From positions 274,704 through 338,703 of the forward strand of contig MU008198.1 of the NCBI GenBank assembly GCA_010909165.1: a stretch of DNA of 64,000 bases, written 5' to 3'. Below, in pieces: positions 48,758 through 61,309 of the stretch. The translations under genes were made by a program, and so were the position numbers. The DNA is from Anthoceros angustus. Its lineage: Eukaryota; Plantae; Anthocerotophyta. The notes beneath the pieces were generated by a model. That model was not told the DNA's origin, made no database searches, and saw nothing but the letters and a program-made list of their open reading frames with translations. Position 1 is the stretch's first letter, and each line of letters opens with the position of its first letter.

Positions 48758-49672
48758 ATGGTGACTCGCCGCAGATGGCTCATGCAGCCTCACCCTGCAC
48801 CGACCGTGGAGGACAAGTGGCGCAACCCGTTGGTACGCAAGTATCAACCGGGCAAGCCTGAACGGCCGGAAACCTTTCTGGAATTGCAAGCCTTCTTGTT
48901 ATATGTGGAATCGCATCATGAGACATGTCCGGTGGAGAATTTTCCCTATGATCACAAGGACCTTTTTGAACTCGCAGGTCGGGGCATGAACAGGCAAACT
49001 TTTGTGTGGACCAGCTATTGCGAAGGTGCCTTTCGCAAACTGGAGCATCATCTGTTTATGCACCAAGTTTTCGATCACTGGCCCAAGGAAGGCTTCCTCA
49101 TGTATCGGCAGCAAGAGAAGCCAGCAGACGTGCGCAGCTTAAAGGTATGGCTCAGTCACTTTCATCGGGAAAGAGCGGGCCGGTATGCCATCGGTTACCC
49201 TAGGGCTTTCTACAGGGTGTTTGCATGTTTGAGGACGGGAGTATTGGAGTGGGACGAACCAACGTCTGAATGTTGGTATCTCCTTAATAACAATGTGGGG
49301 GATTTCTTGCGGGCACAGTGCCTTGAAAAGCAATATTATGTAAACGGATTAAATGGGCCACAACTTCCCAGGGTCAAGACCGAGCTGGACAGTGATGAAG
49401 AGGAAGAGCTATTGGCTCGACATCGCGCTAGGGAACGGCAGCGATTAGGCAAGGCACAGATTGATGAATATTTTGATCCCGAGGAGCGGCGGTGGCGGCC
49501 CTTCTGGCCACAGGAGGGTTACAACATGACAAACCCTCGGAACCTCAGCTGCGTGACGGTATGTTCAGACGGTTTTACCGGCGCTTTTATGGTATTTGAA
49601 GTGTCCAAAGTGCTGCCACAACCAGCATCAATTGTGGCCGCGACTTTGGCAGGGGGGCCATTTTGGGGGTGA
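48758..49672 (+). CDS. uncharacterised 304-aa extra ORF downstream of gypsy pol
   Basis: Uninterrupted, complex amino-acid composition, same strand as pol; stop codon lies inside the first 137-bp repeat. Confidence 0.65.
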   Translation: MVTRRRWLMQPHPAPTVEDKWRNPLVRKYQPGKPERPETFLELQAFLLYVESHHETCPVENFPYDHKDLFELAGRGMNRQTFVWTSYCEGAFRKLEHHLFMHQVFDHWPKEGFLMYRQQEKPADVRSLKVWLSHFHRERAGRYAIGYPRAFYRVFACLRTGVLEWDEPTSECWYLLNNNVGDFLRAQCLEKQYYVNGLNGPQLPRVKTELDSDEEEELLARHRARERQRLGKAQIDEYFDPEERRWRPFWPQEGYNMTNPRNLSCVTVCSDGFTGAFMVFEVSKVLPQPASIVAATLAGGPFWG

Positions 49673-50420
49673 ACCCTTACCCTCACTTGGGTGAAATAAA
49701 GCTTGCATAATTGTCCTGAACAAACGCATATGAGCAATGTGAAAGATAGGATGACACATACACGTGAGAAACCGATGCCATGCCGCTTATGTCCGGCTAA
49801 GGCGCCGATACCGCATGGCAATCGCATATCGGGATATGGGGCATAGGAGAAAGGATGCATGTGTGTGGTGATAGGCATGATGGCATGTGAAACAGCATGT
49901 GTATAGTCATAGGTGGAGCCAGATGAGGCGGTTCATAGAGCGAAGCGCGTGATCGTGGCACGGCCACGGCGTCGGTTCTGATCGCGGCACGGCCACGGCC
50001 GGTTCTAAGTGATCGCGCATCGGGCCACGTCAACGGGTTAGCGTCCGCTTTTACCCGTGATCGCTGCCGAGGTGTAGGTGGTTTTAAGGGGCAGCAATCC
50101 GCAGTGCGAGGCGGATTGCTGATGTTTGCCCAGTAGAGAGGGCAGCCATACAGCTCCCGTTGGGGTGGCGAATGTGAGCTTGGGATAGAGGAGTGTCGGT
50201 GAGGTTGCCCTAAGGTCTCAACGAAAGCGTTGCGCGGCTTCGCGTTCCATGAGAGTGCTTGGAAGGGAGACCGATCGCGTTTTGCCATTTTGGGGGTGAA
50301 CCCTTACCCTCACTTGGGTGAAATAAAGCTTGCATAATTGTCCTGAACAAACGCATATGAGCAATGTGTAGGATAGGATGACACATACACGTGAGAAACC
50401 GATGCCATGCCGCTTATGTC
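49657..50420 (+). repeat. 137-bp direct repeats at 49657-49793 and 50284-50420 (two mismatches)
   Basis: gccattttgggggtgaaccc...gccgcttatgtc twice, 627 bp apart, each containing AATAAA. Confidence 0.96.
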
Positions 50421-52024
50421 ACAAGGCGATGTGCCACTCGATCTTGCAGGCCGCCCGCTTCAAATTGCGAGCTTCCTTAAACGATGAGTGCCCCTAGAGC
50501 TATGGCAAGAGCAAGAAATTTCAGCGGACAATGGAAGCGAGGAGGAGGAGGGGAGGAAGCAAGAAGCGAGGACTGGAGGAAGGGAGAGAGGGATGCATCA
50601 ATGTCCGAAACGTAAGGCTTGTCAACGGGTAGTGAGTCGATTTAGACTTACCTAAAGTTAAGTTTTATGGTTAAAGTAAAAGTAGAAAGTTAAAGTAGAG
50701 CATACTAATAATAATAATAAATATATATACTATAAGGTAAGAAGTATGATAAAATATATAAAAGTAAATGGTTCAAAATTCATACTCACACCATTCATAC
50801 TCTAGCACAAGATAGCCAAATGTACTTTGCCATATGGCACAAAAGTGTGGCACCAAAGCATGCTTGCACCCTGAAGAGGGCGCCGGCCGGCCGGCGCCCT
50901 CCTCCTTCTTCATCTTGCTCAACCCCTGCCTCCACACCAATCGCCTCTTCCCTCTCGGGGGATCCAACAATATCGATTCTTCCACTGCGGTCCAATGGAA
51001 GGGCCTGGCAACTGCTCTTGGGCGGCCGGGCCGGCCCCAATCCTATCTCTTGTTGAAACCGGATAAACCAAGCTTAGATCCGGTGGGCAAGTTCGCCCGC
51101 CCACCCTTCAACACTGGCGCGCCGCCACGGCGCCTCGACCTCGCTCCGGATCAGAGGGCCATGGTTGGGACAACCATTGACGCACCATGCAATGCCGTTT
51201 GGCAGATATCTGCATCTCTCGTTTTCCTCATGCCCCTGATACTTCTTCTCCGAATGCCCGAGCACGCCGGAATGGGGCCATCTTCCTCATCCGAGGGCCC
51301 AAGTTCACTGGGATCCGGGGCCCGACTCTCCGCCTTTCGCACTTTGATGGGCTGCCTCACCCTTCTCATTGAAAGCTCTCTCCTGTGATCCACAAATGTC
51401 TCCGTAATCTTCCCGCAAATAGCCCTGATGAGGGCCATTCCGACTAACGGTGGCTGGAAAACAAAAAAAGCGAAAGTCACGTCAGTCATCCAAGTCTCAT
51501 GGTTTTGAAAAGACAGCTTGTTTGTTCCAACTTACGCAGTGCACATGCACTCACTCGAACTCTCACTAGTGAGCGAGGTACATTTCTTGGCATTGAACCC
51601 TCGGAGGCCGAGAACATAAGACCCAGAAATATCGTGTCCTCGGATCATCACACAAACTCATATGGCTTGGTGGTGCAAAACAACGTAAACTCGGCTCTCA
51701 TTCATATCCATTGTTCCGATTACCCATCCATCTTGTTTTGATTGGGCAAAGCCCCACTCCCATTATCCGTAGTTTCAAAGCAAGGGCGCCCATGCCGTTG
51801 TTTCGCTTTCGATGCGGATCCGGACGAGCATCCAACTTCTTCGCAAAATCATCAGGTCATGCCACCCAACATGGATGCACGGTTTCCTCGTAGCTGAAAG
51901 GTGATGGAATTGGAGGTGGCCCCACATGCTTTGAACTTTTCGATGCCTCCTTCCCCAGCCCTTGCACGGCAGCAGCCTTTGTTCGGCTTGTCTTCCCTGA
52001 AGACATGCTCCCAGATTTTGTCTT

Positions 52025-52910
52025 TGTGGAATGTAAAAGTTTGGGCAACTAGTCCAAACTAGCCAAAGGACGAACAAGTTTGATTTTTTTTTGGCTAAGA
52101 ACGATTGAAGAGGAGCGTACCAGGAAAACTTCTGAGAATCTTAAAGTCAAGCTTGTGAAATTGTTAGAAGGCAAAAGGATATCCAGAAGAACGGGTCAAA
52201 ATGACCGCATTTGCGCGTGAGGGCACCCGAAAGGTTGGTAGGTCGCATCACCGTAGGTCGCCACACCACACCGTAGTCGAGAAGGAGCAGATCATCATGT
52301 AAGCCGCGTATCATCCGTAGGACAATCTCAAAAGGAATTAGAATAGGGGGATATCCACTATATATGCTCACCAATAGGGAAATATATAAATAGGACTAAT
52401 TAGAGGAACATATTTAGGTAGTAATAGGTGATAGGTAAAATAGATAGATTAGGATTTGAGAATGATGAACTCAATCTAGGGTTGTGAACCTCCGTGGCGC
52501 CATCCAGAAGGGCAAAGTTTTGAAGCGCCAACTTTCTTCGAGTTGGGACGCCCACCCACGGGACCGAGATCGAGCTGAGCGCGAAGAAAGGAGGCCGCCA
52601 TCGCCGCCGCCGCCATCAACGGGAAGGAAGGCGGCGCGAGGGAGAGGGCGATCGAAGGAGGAGGAAGAACGCCAGGCAAGAAGAAGAAAAGGAAAGGAAA
52701 AAGAGGGAGGAGAGGAGCGCCGTGGAGCGTGAAGGCACCAAGGGCGCGGGAAGACACCGAGGAAGGCCGACGCTGAGTTGAGCACCGAGGGGTGACGCGA
52801 GAGGGAAGAAGACGTGAGACGACCGATTGAGGCGCCTTGAAGGGAGGACGCGAGGAAATCAGCAGCCGAGGAGCGCCACTGAATTAACGTGTTGTGTTTT
52901 CACCGGGTTC
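52025..52910 (+). repeat. LTR family A, copy 2
   Basis: tgtggaatg.aaaagtttgggcaac, ggggatatccactatatatgctcacca and aatctagggttg shared with 42382-43350; no PPT upstream. Confidence 0.8.
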
Positions 52911-55900
52911 GCCACGAGAAGGAGAAGCACTTGGGAAGAAGTGAGGTTGCGCTCAAATTGGAAGTAGTCTTCTCCAACACGGGAGGAACGCCATGCCTCG
53001 AGGGAAAGGCAAGGAAGGAACCACCGCCAAGGGCTCTTCCTCGCGAGGAGGAAAAAAAGAAGGAGCTACTGTGAGGGGCGAGGTCGAGATGCCCCAATTC
53101 ACTTGCTTTGCCGGGCAACAACCCCGGATTTGGTTGATTTTCAAGGGCGGAGGAGGAGAACATCCAATTGGGATGGGTGGCCGCCAATGGGCCTACACCA
53201 ATTTGGAATTGATTGAGGAGTGTTACATCAACCTCCATCAATCGAGGCAGCCTGCCGACGGAAGAGAATGCTCGGACGGATCCTCGCCGGACCGTAAGCA
53301 TATCTGTAGTGCGGAAGGAGGAAGAGAGCTCGAATTGCTCTCTCGAAAGGTCAATGGAGGGAAGAGGATGCCTCTCCGATATTCCGCAAGAGTTCCTCGA
53401 CATGATGGATGGAGGAGTGAAGGCCCACGCCAAGAATGGCTGGAAGACCGAGAGCATCAAGGAGTCAAGTGGAGGCTCTTGCAAAGATTGTGTTGTTGGT
53501 AAATTACCAACGACCTCTTATTTCACCAACTTCCCAATTTTGTGGAAGATTTCCATGGGAGCCAAGATTGGGGACTATCATGTATGAGGCCTACATCCAC
53601 CACGAGAAGCCTCCTCAATTCGTGGATGAGGAAGGCCAAGGCCTTGCTACCTTAGCACCTATTTGGTGCATGGGAAACCGAGGACTTCTCACAAGCAAGG
53701 AGTTGAAGATGCATGGCATCCTTTGAGAGGTCATCCATCTCCACCAAGGTTGGAAAGGCCTTTTGCACAAGGAAGATGGGAGGTCGACTCCACAAGCATG
53801 CTAGGCAAGGGAGGAAGATGTGGAGGCAACAGTTGCCGAGTGGGAATCCTTCCCCACAGAGCAAGGGAAGAGAACAAGAACCGCCGAGAAGGCCGATGGT
53901 GTATGAGAGAAGGACCACCACAGGAGGGGTGATGCCCCGAGGGGTGGGGAGTCCCCACCATCTCATTTGTGCCTAGTGAGAGGCACCTGCCACCTGTAGG
54001 GAGGCGCCCACCCAAGGCATCACTGGTAGGCACCACACCATGGTAGGTAGGACCACAGGGGAGCAGCCACCGCTGTAGGGGGCACCCCACGCCAGTGCAG
54101 CACGGGTAGGGAAGGGAAGGAAAGCGAGGCGCCGCGAGTGGCCAAGCCACCACCCGCACTGTGGGAGAGCGGATGGAGCGACGAAGGGGACTCACCGCGC
54201 TGGCCCGGGTGCAGGAGAGCTGGAAATTTCCAGCAAGAAGACAGGAGGGGTGGAATTAGGACCCCTAGGAGAATTGCCGGTGCTTGTGAAGCACTCACCG
54301 TGTGGATTTGAAGGGGCTAGAGCTAGCAGCCCTTGTGGGCATGCCAAGAGGAAGTGAAATCTCAAGACATGGCCGGAGGAAGGCAGGACCAAGTGGCAAT
54401 TGGAGGCCATGGAGTCCGACGGAAGGCAGCCAAGTTGAAAAGGTCAGGAGAAGCTCCAGGGACAGGACCAACGGGAGAAGGTCCTGAGGGAAGGTTGTCA
54501 CAGAAGAGAGAGCCATTCGGCAACAACCCAAAGGGGACAAGGCGAGGAAGAGCATTTTGCCCAATTAGAGCAAGAGGAAGGGCAAGGAGGCACTAGGAGA
54601 AGGTAGCATCCAACAAGTGGACGCAAGAGTGTGATGGCTACAAGCCATCAAAATCCGGACATGGGAGAGGAATTGAGAAGGACCCAGATAATTTGAGGAG
54701 GAGAAGGAGAGAAGCACAAGACCAAGAATTGTGAGCCGGAGCGAAAAGAATGCTTGGCAAGCGAGAAGGAGGGGCTTGCCAACAATTAGCGGACCGGAGC
54801 AAGGAGGTCCCAGAGGAGGAGCACCACAAGAAGGTGGTGCATGGATGCCGGTGGTGAGGAAGCAAGATTTTGATTATGCCCTTCGTGCAAAATAGCCAAC
54901 CAAAGGGGAAGCAAGGAGGAGAATGTAACCTCCATGTCAAGGTGGGGAATTAACCACAAGGAGATGCCTACAAGGTAGGTGTGAAGATGGAGAGTGGCCC
55001 ACGAGATTGATGATCTCCAAATGCAATATCATAGCTTGGGGCTCACCTACAACAGAATTTTGAAGGCCAACAATGAGGTGTTACGGCCAAGAGGAGGACA
55101 TTGGGTCCTCATGATGATGACAAGGAGCGCAACAGCAGCCAGAGGCCTCCGATTTTGATGAGGCCATCAAATGAAATGGACTCCGAGGAACTGAGGAGTC
55201 GGGAGACGGGAGGAGCGGCGAAAGGGTGGGAGACGGCGCAGAGCAAGGAGGGGGACAGCCCACCTGGGGGTCACCTACCAGGTGACCCACCACGGTAGTC
55301 CGCCAGACCACTGCGGGAGCCACACCACGGTAGTCCGCTGACTACCGGGTAGGGCACGGGCAGAGCTTGGGGAGTCGGCCGGAGGCCCGGTGGAGGATGA
55401 AGGAGCCGGGGTCCGCATACACCCGAGGAGCAGGGTGGAGGGAGACAACCCACCGGAGGAGACTAAGGACGGGGTCCACCACGGAGGAAGGAAGGGTGAG
55501 GAATTCTCCCCACGATAAGGGAGGAACCGGACCCGAGGAGGAGTCCAACAAAAAGGCCCGGAGAGATTAGAAATCCGATGGTGGGGCAATGGGGATGAAG
55601 CTCTTTAAGATGCTCATAGGTATGGACAACCAAGAAGGCAAAGAGCAATGGAGATCTTGACCTGTGAAACCCTCACCGACGGAGAAGGAAGAAGGAGATA
55701 GGGACCACTACCACTGGTAGTCACTACCCCGTCCGCCGACTACCGCGGGTGGGATGAACGGGCGCGACCAGCGATGGAGAAGGGCGCCAGGTGCGGGGAG
55801 GGGCGCGATTGCCGAGGGGTGACAGAATGGGGCGCCGCTCATGAGATGGAGGAAGGGTGATTGTACTTGCCCCACACATTAGGAAGGCGAAGATCCGGGA

Positions 55901-56139
55901 AGGGACAGAGCAAAAGGAGGGCGAGGGAGCCAATCCACAAGACATGTCCCACCCCAGGTGATAAGACTAGAATGGTCAATGACCATAAATGTTTGGGGAA
56001 TAGGAAGGATAGGTGTAGATCGACATCCTTTAAGGATGATCTTAGGTGAAGTTACTAGAATAGAATTTACCAAGAAAAATAGATTTAGGTGCCTATTAAA
56101 TGTCGTAGGAAATAATAGAATATTGGAAAAGGTGACCTG

Positions 56140-56959
56140 CAGAGGGTCACCCAAGGGAGGTTGTATGTGGAAGGCCTCCTATAAGAGGAGGAGGATTTCA
56201 CAAAGTAAAGTATCATGTCTTGCGCCCACTCACCGAGTCCTTTGCCATTACAGAGGAATTTCGTCCGTGAGCCAACGCATTCGTAGAGAGGAAGTCGTGG
56301 TCTGAGTGTTTGGAGGACTTGCTCCTTGCAAGTGCCTAAACGAGTTGCTCCTTGTGAATGGTTGGTGAAATTGCTTTGCTTTGGGTGTGTGGCAAATGCC
56401 TGTGAACTCGGCTTGAGGGTAGACTACAGGAAAGACTCGGAGGTTCTCAGTGGTGTCAAACTCATAGCAACCGCCCAAGGAAGAACTTGCGGTGGAGGCC
56501 GACCCTGTGCCAGCTGGGCGAGTCAAACCAAGAAGCCCGAATCGAGGTTAGAATAGGAGGAAGAGGATGAGGAGATGAGAAGATGAGTAGAGGATTAGAG
56601 GTGTAGGTGTTAGTGGAAGGCCACAGAGCCTAAGGGACGAATCCCAACTGCAAGTAAAAGAGCGCCCGAGTGGAGAAGAGTGGTCTTAGAAGTAGGGACG
56701 AAATCGCTGTGGGGTCCCCCGGGCGCCCGTGATAGGCTCGCCGAGGCGTGGACTCGCAATTGTGTCGTAGGTCGAGGATTGGTCTGAGCAAAGGCAAGCG
56801 GTGCGGCTGTGAAGAGGGAGAGTAGGGCGCCTTGTTTAGAAGGCCGAAGTTGTGTCTCGCAGTAGCGATTGGTGATCACAAGGCCTCGAACTTTCACACA
56901 AGTCTCATGGGACGAAACCCAACGACGTAAGCGACAGGGATAAGTGTGGCCGGCTTACA
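56140..56959 (+). repeat. LTR family B, copy 1 (TATA to 3' end; probably extends upstream)
   Basis: Homologous to 61310-62700 (aaattgctttgctttgggtgtg, actacaggaaagactcg, gcccaaggaagaacttgc, gggataagtgtggc); ends TTACA. Confidence 0.75.
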
Positions 56960-57190
56960 AGTGAGGACCTTGGGAGTGCCCTGGTTTTCCTACCCAGCCG
57001 ATGCTTATGCCCTCCCACACCTCCGGATAGTGTGCGCCCTGCATTGCCATGCACTGACCGCACTGGGCACCTCCGAACTTCTTGCCCTTGTTCGCAGCCG
57101 CCTGTTCCCAAATTTCGCTTTTTCTCGCGGGCGGCACGGGGGTCGCCAACGCCTCCGCCAGTCTTGCTCCGCCTCGCTGCCATCTTCAAT
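56960..57190 (-). pseudogene. BED-zinc-finger-like N-terminus of a hAT-type transposase, cut off at LTR B copy 1
   Basis: ARKSEIWEQ...AQCGQC fits the start of the BED consensus; CTATAAAT upstream at ~57543-57550. Confidence 0.4.
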
Positions 57191-58237
57191 TACGCAAACC
57201 AAGAAATCAAAGACAAGGCGAAGCGAGAAAGCTTCAACTCGCTCGCGCAAAGAGAAATGCGAGGAAGGTGTTACTCGATCAATTAAGAGGGCCGAACTTT
57301 CAGAAACGCCGATGGATCGATGGCCTGATCGCTCGCAAAGTTTCTACATCGCCGCAGATCGTCAATTCTCTCGCGGGCCGCTGGCGGAGAAAGCCCGAAT
57401 TCAATCGCATTGTGCTCCAACTCGCCGAGCAACACACGCCATATGCTCTCGCCATTACTCCGACTGAAATACGCCCACAACGCCACACCGCCACGTGAAC
57501 TGCAAGAGAAAGAGGGTTGTAATTAGGTTCCTTGCCCCGTGCATTTATAGACCAAAACATTTTAAAATACCTTACACCATATTTCGCTATGCCCTAATAT
57601 AAACCTCGCTCATCCATAATCACATTGACTGTGACACCGGCCGGGCACCATATAATTGTCGACTATAAAGGCATGACGATCCAATCGTTGGATACCTCTC
57701 AACGATAGTCCATCATGATGTCGAACGACAGAAAAATAATGTCCTTCCTATCTTTGCGATATGCCTTCTAAGGCAACCGCCATGCACACCTTCCTTGACC
57801 ATTCTCCTCGCCTCCGAAGGTCTCTTCTGCGCCTTTCCGCCCCGCCCCGCCTCCCATGCCCACGGCGGGGGCGCTCTCAATCAAGGTTCTTCTGAACGAC
57901 GAGGGCATACAATGTTGCGCCTCACCCACACCCCGGAAGGAGAAGAGGTTTGAGTTCTTCGCTCGCATCGCAGCTTTTCCTTTCCTTCGGCGGGTTTGTT
58001 TTAGGATTCTAAGTTTAGTTGTTTTTTGATTCTGGGTTCATCGGCTATCAGGATCATCTTTGGGATCAACACATGCCTTCCCAATGTCCGCGTGCTTCAC
58101 AAAAAACAAGAGAAGGGAAGAGGCTAGCTGTACAGGCCGCCACATCACCGACATCTGTCGCAACCCGTCGTGTGCATTTTGCCATTGCAGAAGACCGTAG
58201 GGATGATGAAGGTTAGATTTCTTCCCTTCGGATTATA

Positions 58238-59302
58238 ATGGATGATGGGCGGTTTGAAAATCCATATGGTGTGATCCCCGTTGACTATTCGGACATTGCT
58301 CTTGCAGACAGCAGACGAAAACGTCGACATTTGTCATCGCCAAATGTCCTGCGAGGTGTTCCTCGAACACCTAGGAATTTGCATCGCTATGCTGCTTTGG
58401 AGAGAAGCCCATCCAAACGCCGTTCTCATTCTGTTCCCAATGTCGGTGACCTTCCCCTGGGAGAGAGACCGATGGTTCCTCGCCGTGGTTTGTTTCATGA
58501 GGATATTGTTGCTCGCCTCCACTCACCGGATGATGAAGGCCCGGTGGGACGACGAGGATTCCCTCCACTTCCAGACACCTGATGCCTGTCAATCCTTCCA
58601 TCCGAAGCCTCTAAGTGAGACTTTGAAGGCCCCGACAACCGCAAGTACTCTATCATGCCGGAGACGCGCAGCTGGAGTGTCGTTGACAAAAAGTGAAGGG
58701 GAGACAATGCTTGCAGATTTCAAGAAGCCTTGTTGCAACAACATGTGTTTGCTGAAGCTGACCAAAGAGCGATTTCAGGAGCAGCGATACCGCTTTCTTC
58801 GGATGGGGAGGAACAGAGACATTTCTTCGCCTCTTGTTCGGATGGAGTGCAGTGATAGAAGGAAAGCGGTCACATCTCATGGGAGCGACTCTTATGCGCT
58901 TGAAGGCTTTCAAAAGAGTGTATTGCCTTGGGCACAAGAGGTATGAGGAGCTCAAGAGCGTAGTCTTTCCGGAATCACCTTGGGATGGATTCGGACCAAA
59001 CCAAGGCACAATCTACTTATGCGCTTGATGCCATTTCTTGGATGGACAATGCTTTTATGTTTATGGCCGAGCTTCCTAATTTGGAAGTATTTAATCAATC
59101 CGACACGTATACAAAGTTGGAAATATGGGCGCTGCCGGTCGAAAGCTCTAGCATACGCTATGTGAAGTATCCATGGTTCTTAAAACTGTGGAGAAGCAAC
59201 TTCCCCAGAGTAAAAATCCCGAAGTCCAACAGATTTTCAACATGCTCGCTTTGCGCAGGCCTGAAGAGCACTATAAGAAATACAAAGCACAAGCAAGATC
59301 AA
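58238..59302 (+). pseudogene. Sola-like DNA transposase N-terminal half, frameshifted
   Basis: PCCNNMCL...RYRF; KAFKRVYCLGHKRY; FLKLWRSNFPRVKIPKSNRFSTCSLC; catalytic region not seen. Confidence 0.5.
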
Positions 59303-60450
59303 GGTAAATTGCACCGATGTGTCCTTCATGTGCTTGTTCCTCTGCTTGTTGAATGCCCTGCCTATCATCAGGCACCGGATGTACCCCTCTTGTGTCTTCT
59401 TCTGTCATAATCGATGCATGTGCTTGCAATGTCCAATACTTACCATGGATTGGGTTTCCCCACAAGAGGACAGACAATGGGTGCCGGCGGCCGGGCGCTC
59501 GGGTTGATAAATCTCCCATCTCGTGAGAGAGAGTGGGAGGCCACGCCGCTTTGCACTCGCTGATGATGATTCGGAGACCCTCCCAAATCATCCTGCAACG
59601 TAAAATGGGGAAGGCGCCAACCGCCGCGCCTCCACCGCTGCAAGGATGATTGGTAAGAGCGTTTGAAAAAAGCTTTTGTATAGGTTGGATGGTTCTCAGA
59701 AGTCGGGCGCATTAGAGGTTGGGGGTCTATTTCATTGCTGATTATGATGTTCGTATTTGGCACAGAGAAATTCCAGGTTGCCTTGGAAGCACATCGTGTG
59801 CGGGTTTGTGCCTAGGACTTTGCAAGTGAGAGATTTGGGCACATAAGGAGCTGTATGCTGTGAGGACATCAAGTTTGAGCTAGGTGGGACTGTGGAGTCA
59901 AGAGGAAGTAAGTATTTGCTCTCTGGTGGATTTTGTGTGGCGAGTGAAGAAAGCTCGCAATTGTGTGTAGAAACCGAGGACGACTGGGTAGAAACAAGGT
60001 GGGGGTGTGCCCAAGCTTGTCTTGTTTGTGCGCTTATCTTGAAGGGTAAGATGGTGAAAGCGCCGCACTCTAAGAAGGGCAAGCTTGCTAGGGGGAGAAG
60101 AGGCAGGCCAGATGCCCTCAATTTAATTGCTTCACACAAGTGGAGGCTAGGCACTTGGTGGCATTCACGGCTTATCGAGAGCCCAACGACCGTAATGGGT
60201 GTATGGCTGCCATTGGGCCTATGTCAACTGGAGATGATAGAGGAATGATTTATAACTTCACTATGCCAAGAGAAGAGAACTTGAGGAATCGGAAAATAGG
60301 ATGCAAGGACCGATCTGTAGGCCGGACAGCCCAACACATCCGGCTGTGTATATGGAAGGCCGAGAGGATGACCTGAGGAGGAAGAGGAAGGCATTGAGCA
60401 AGATCCGCCTCACGGGAGACCTTCTTGCAAAGGGGAGAGTGTGGAGGCGG

Positions 60451-60848
60451 TAGGCTATAAGAAGTGACCCTACGTCCGTAGGAGGTATAAGAAGTTGACC
60501 CCACGTCCGTAGGAGGTATAAGAAGTTGACTCACGTCCGTAGGAGGTATAAGAAGTTGACCCCACGTCCGTAGGAGGTATAAGAAGTTGACCCCACGTCC
60601 GTAGGAGGTATAAGAAGTTGACCCTACGTCCGTAGGAGGTATAAGAAGTTGACCCCACGTCCGTAGGAGGTATAAGAAGTTGACCTCACGTCCGTAGGAG
60701 GTATAAGAAGTTGACTCATCCGTAGGAGGTATAAGAAGTTGACCCCACGTCCGTAGGAGGTATAAGAAGTTGACCCCACGTCCGAGGAGGTATAAGAAGT
60801 TGACCCTACGTCCGTAGGAGGTGTAGAGGTGGACCCACATCCGTAGGA
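60451..60848. repeat. 31-bp minisatellite, 13 units (GGAGGTATAAGAAGTTGACCCCACGTCCGTA)
   Basis: Head-to-tail units of 28-31 bp, degenerate outer units, no spacers. Confidence 0.97.
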
Positions 60849-61309
60849 TCACTGTGCATGGAAGCGGTGAGATGCCGCTGGAGGTAATTGAAGGTTGGTG
60901 GTAGCTTGGAGTGTAAGCTTGTTTGAAAATAGGGCATGGATGGTGTGTGTGGAGGCCAATAATTGTGGAGGGATGGAGGCAAACCACGGAAGAGTATGGG
61001 TCTCTTCTCCACCAAGCTTTAGATTTCATGATGGAGTGTGTGGCCTGAGGAGCCACTGGAATAGTGCGGAGCGACGTGAGTCAATGAGGCAAGTGGAGGA
61101 TTTATGGTAGATTGGTTAGGATTTGGAGTGAGAACTCTAGGATTTTGGCGCCAGCTCATGTCATATTTCTTACTATAAAATAGGGAGATTGAGAGTTTTC
61201 TAGGTCGATTGTCATGATGACCGAAAGCGAGTGGGGTAGTGGTTTTAATGCAGGCTTTAGGCGGCTATTAGTTTATAGTTGAGGAAGAACGAGGGAAAAG
61301 TAAGGGGAG

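Larger units (their letters stand above)
45845..50423 (+). mobile_element. 5'-truncated Ty3/gypsy element: RT, RNase H, integrase, PHD finger, extra ORF, repeated 3' end
   Basis: YIDDILVFS, LRAFLGLVNYYRRFI, VAYASR..ANYSPYEGEC, WSVDL..IEHFSKW, LTDQGNEF, HPQADGLAER; RT-RH-IN order; ends TGTCACA. Confidence 0.9.

Noticed and set aside
52900-56100. Many short ORFs in purine-rich sequence
   Set aside because: No consistent frame or motif; best explained as non-coding retroelement sequence
60451-60848. CRISPR-like array (repeat length ~31 bp)
   Set aside because: Units are head-to-tail with no unique spacers, no cas genes are present, and the context is eukaryotic; ORFs over it are repeat artefacts
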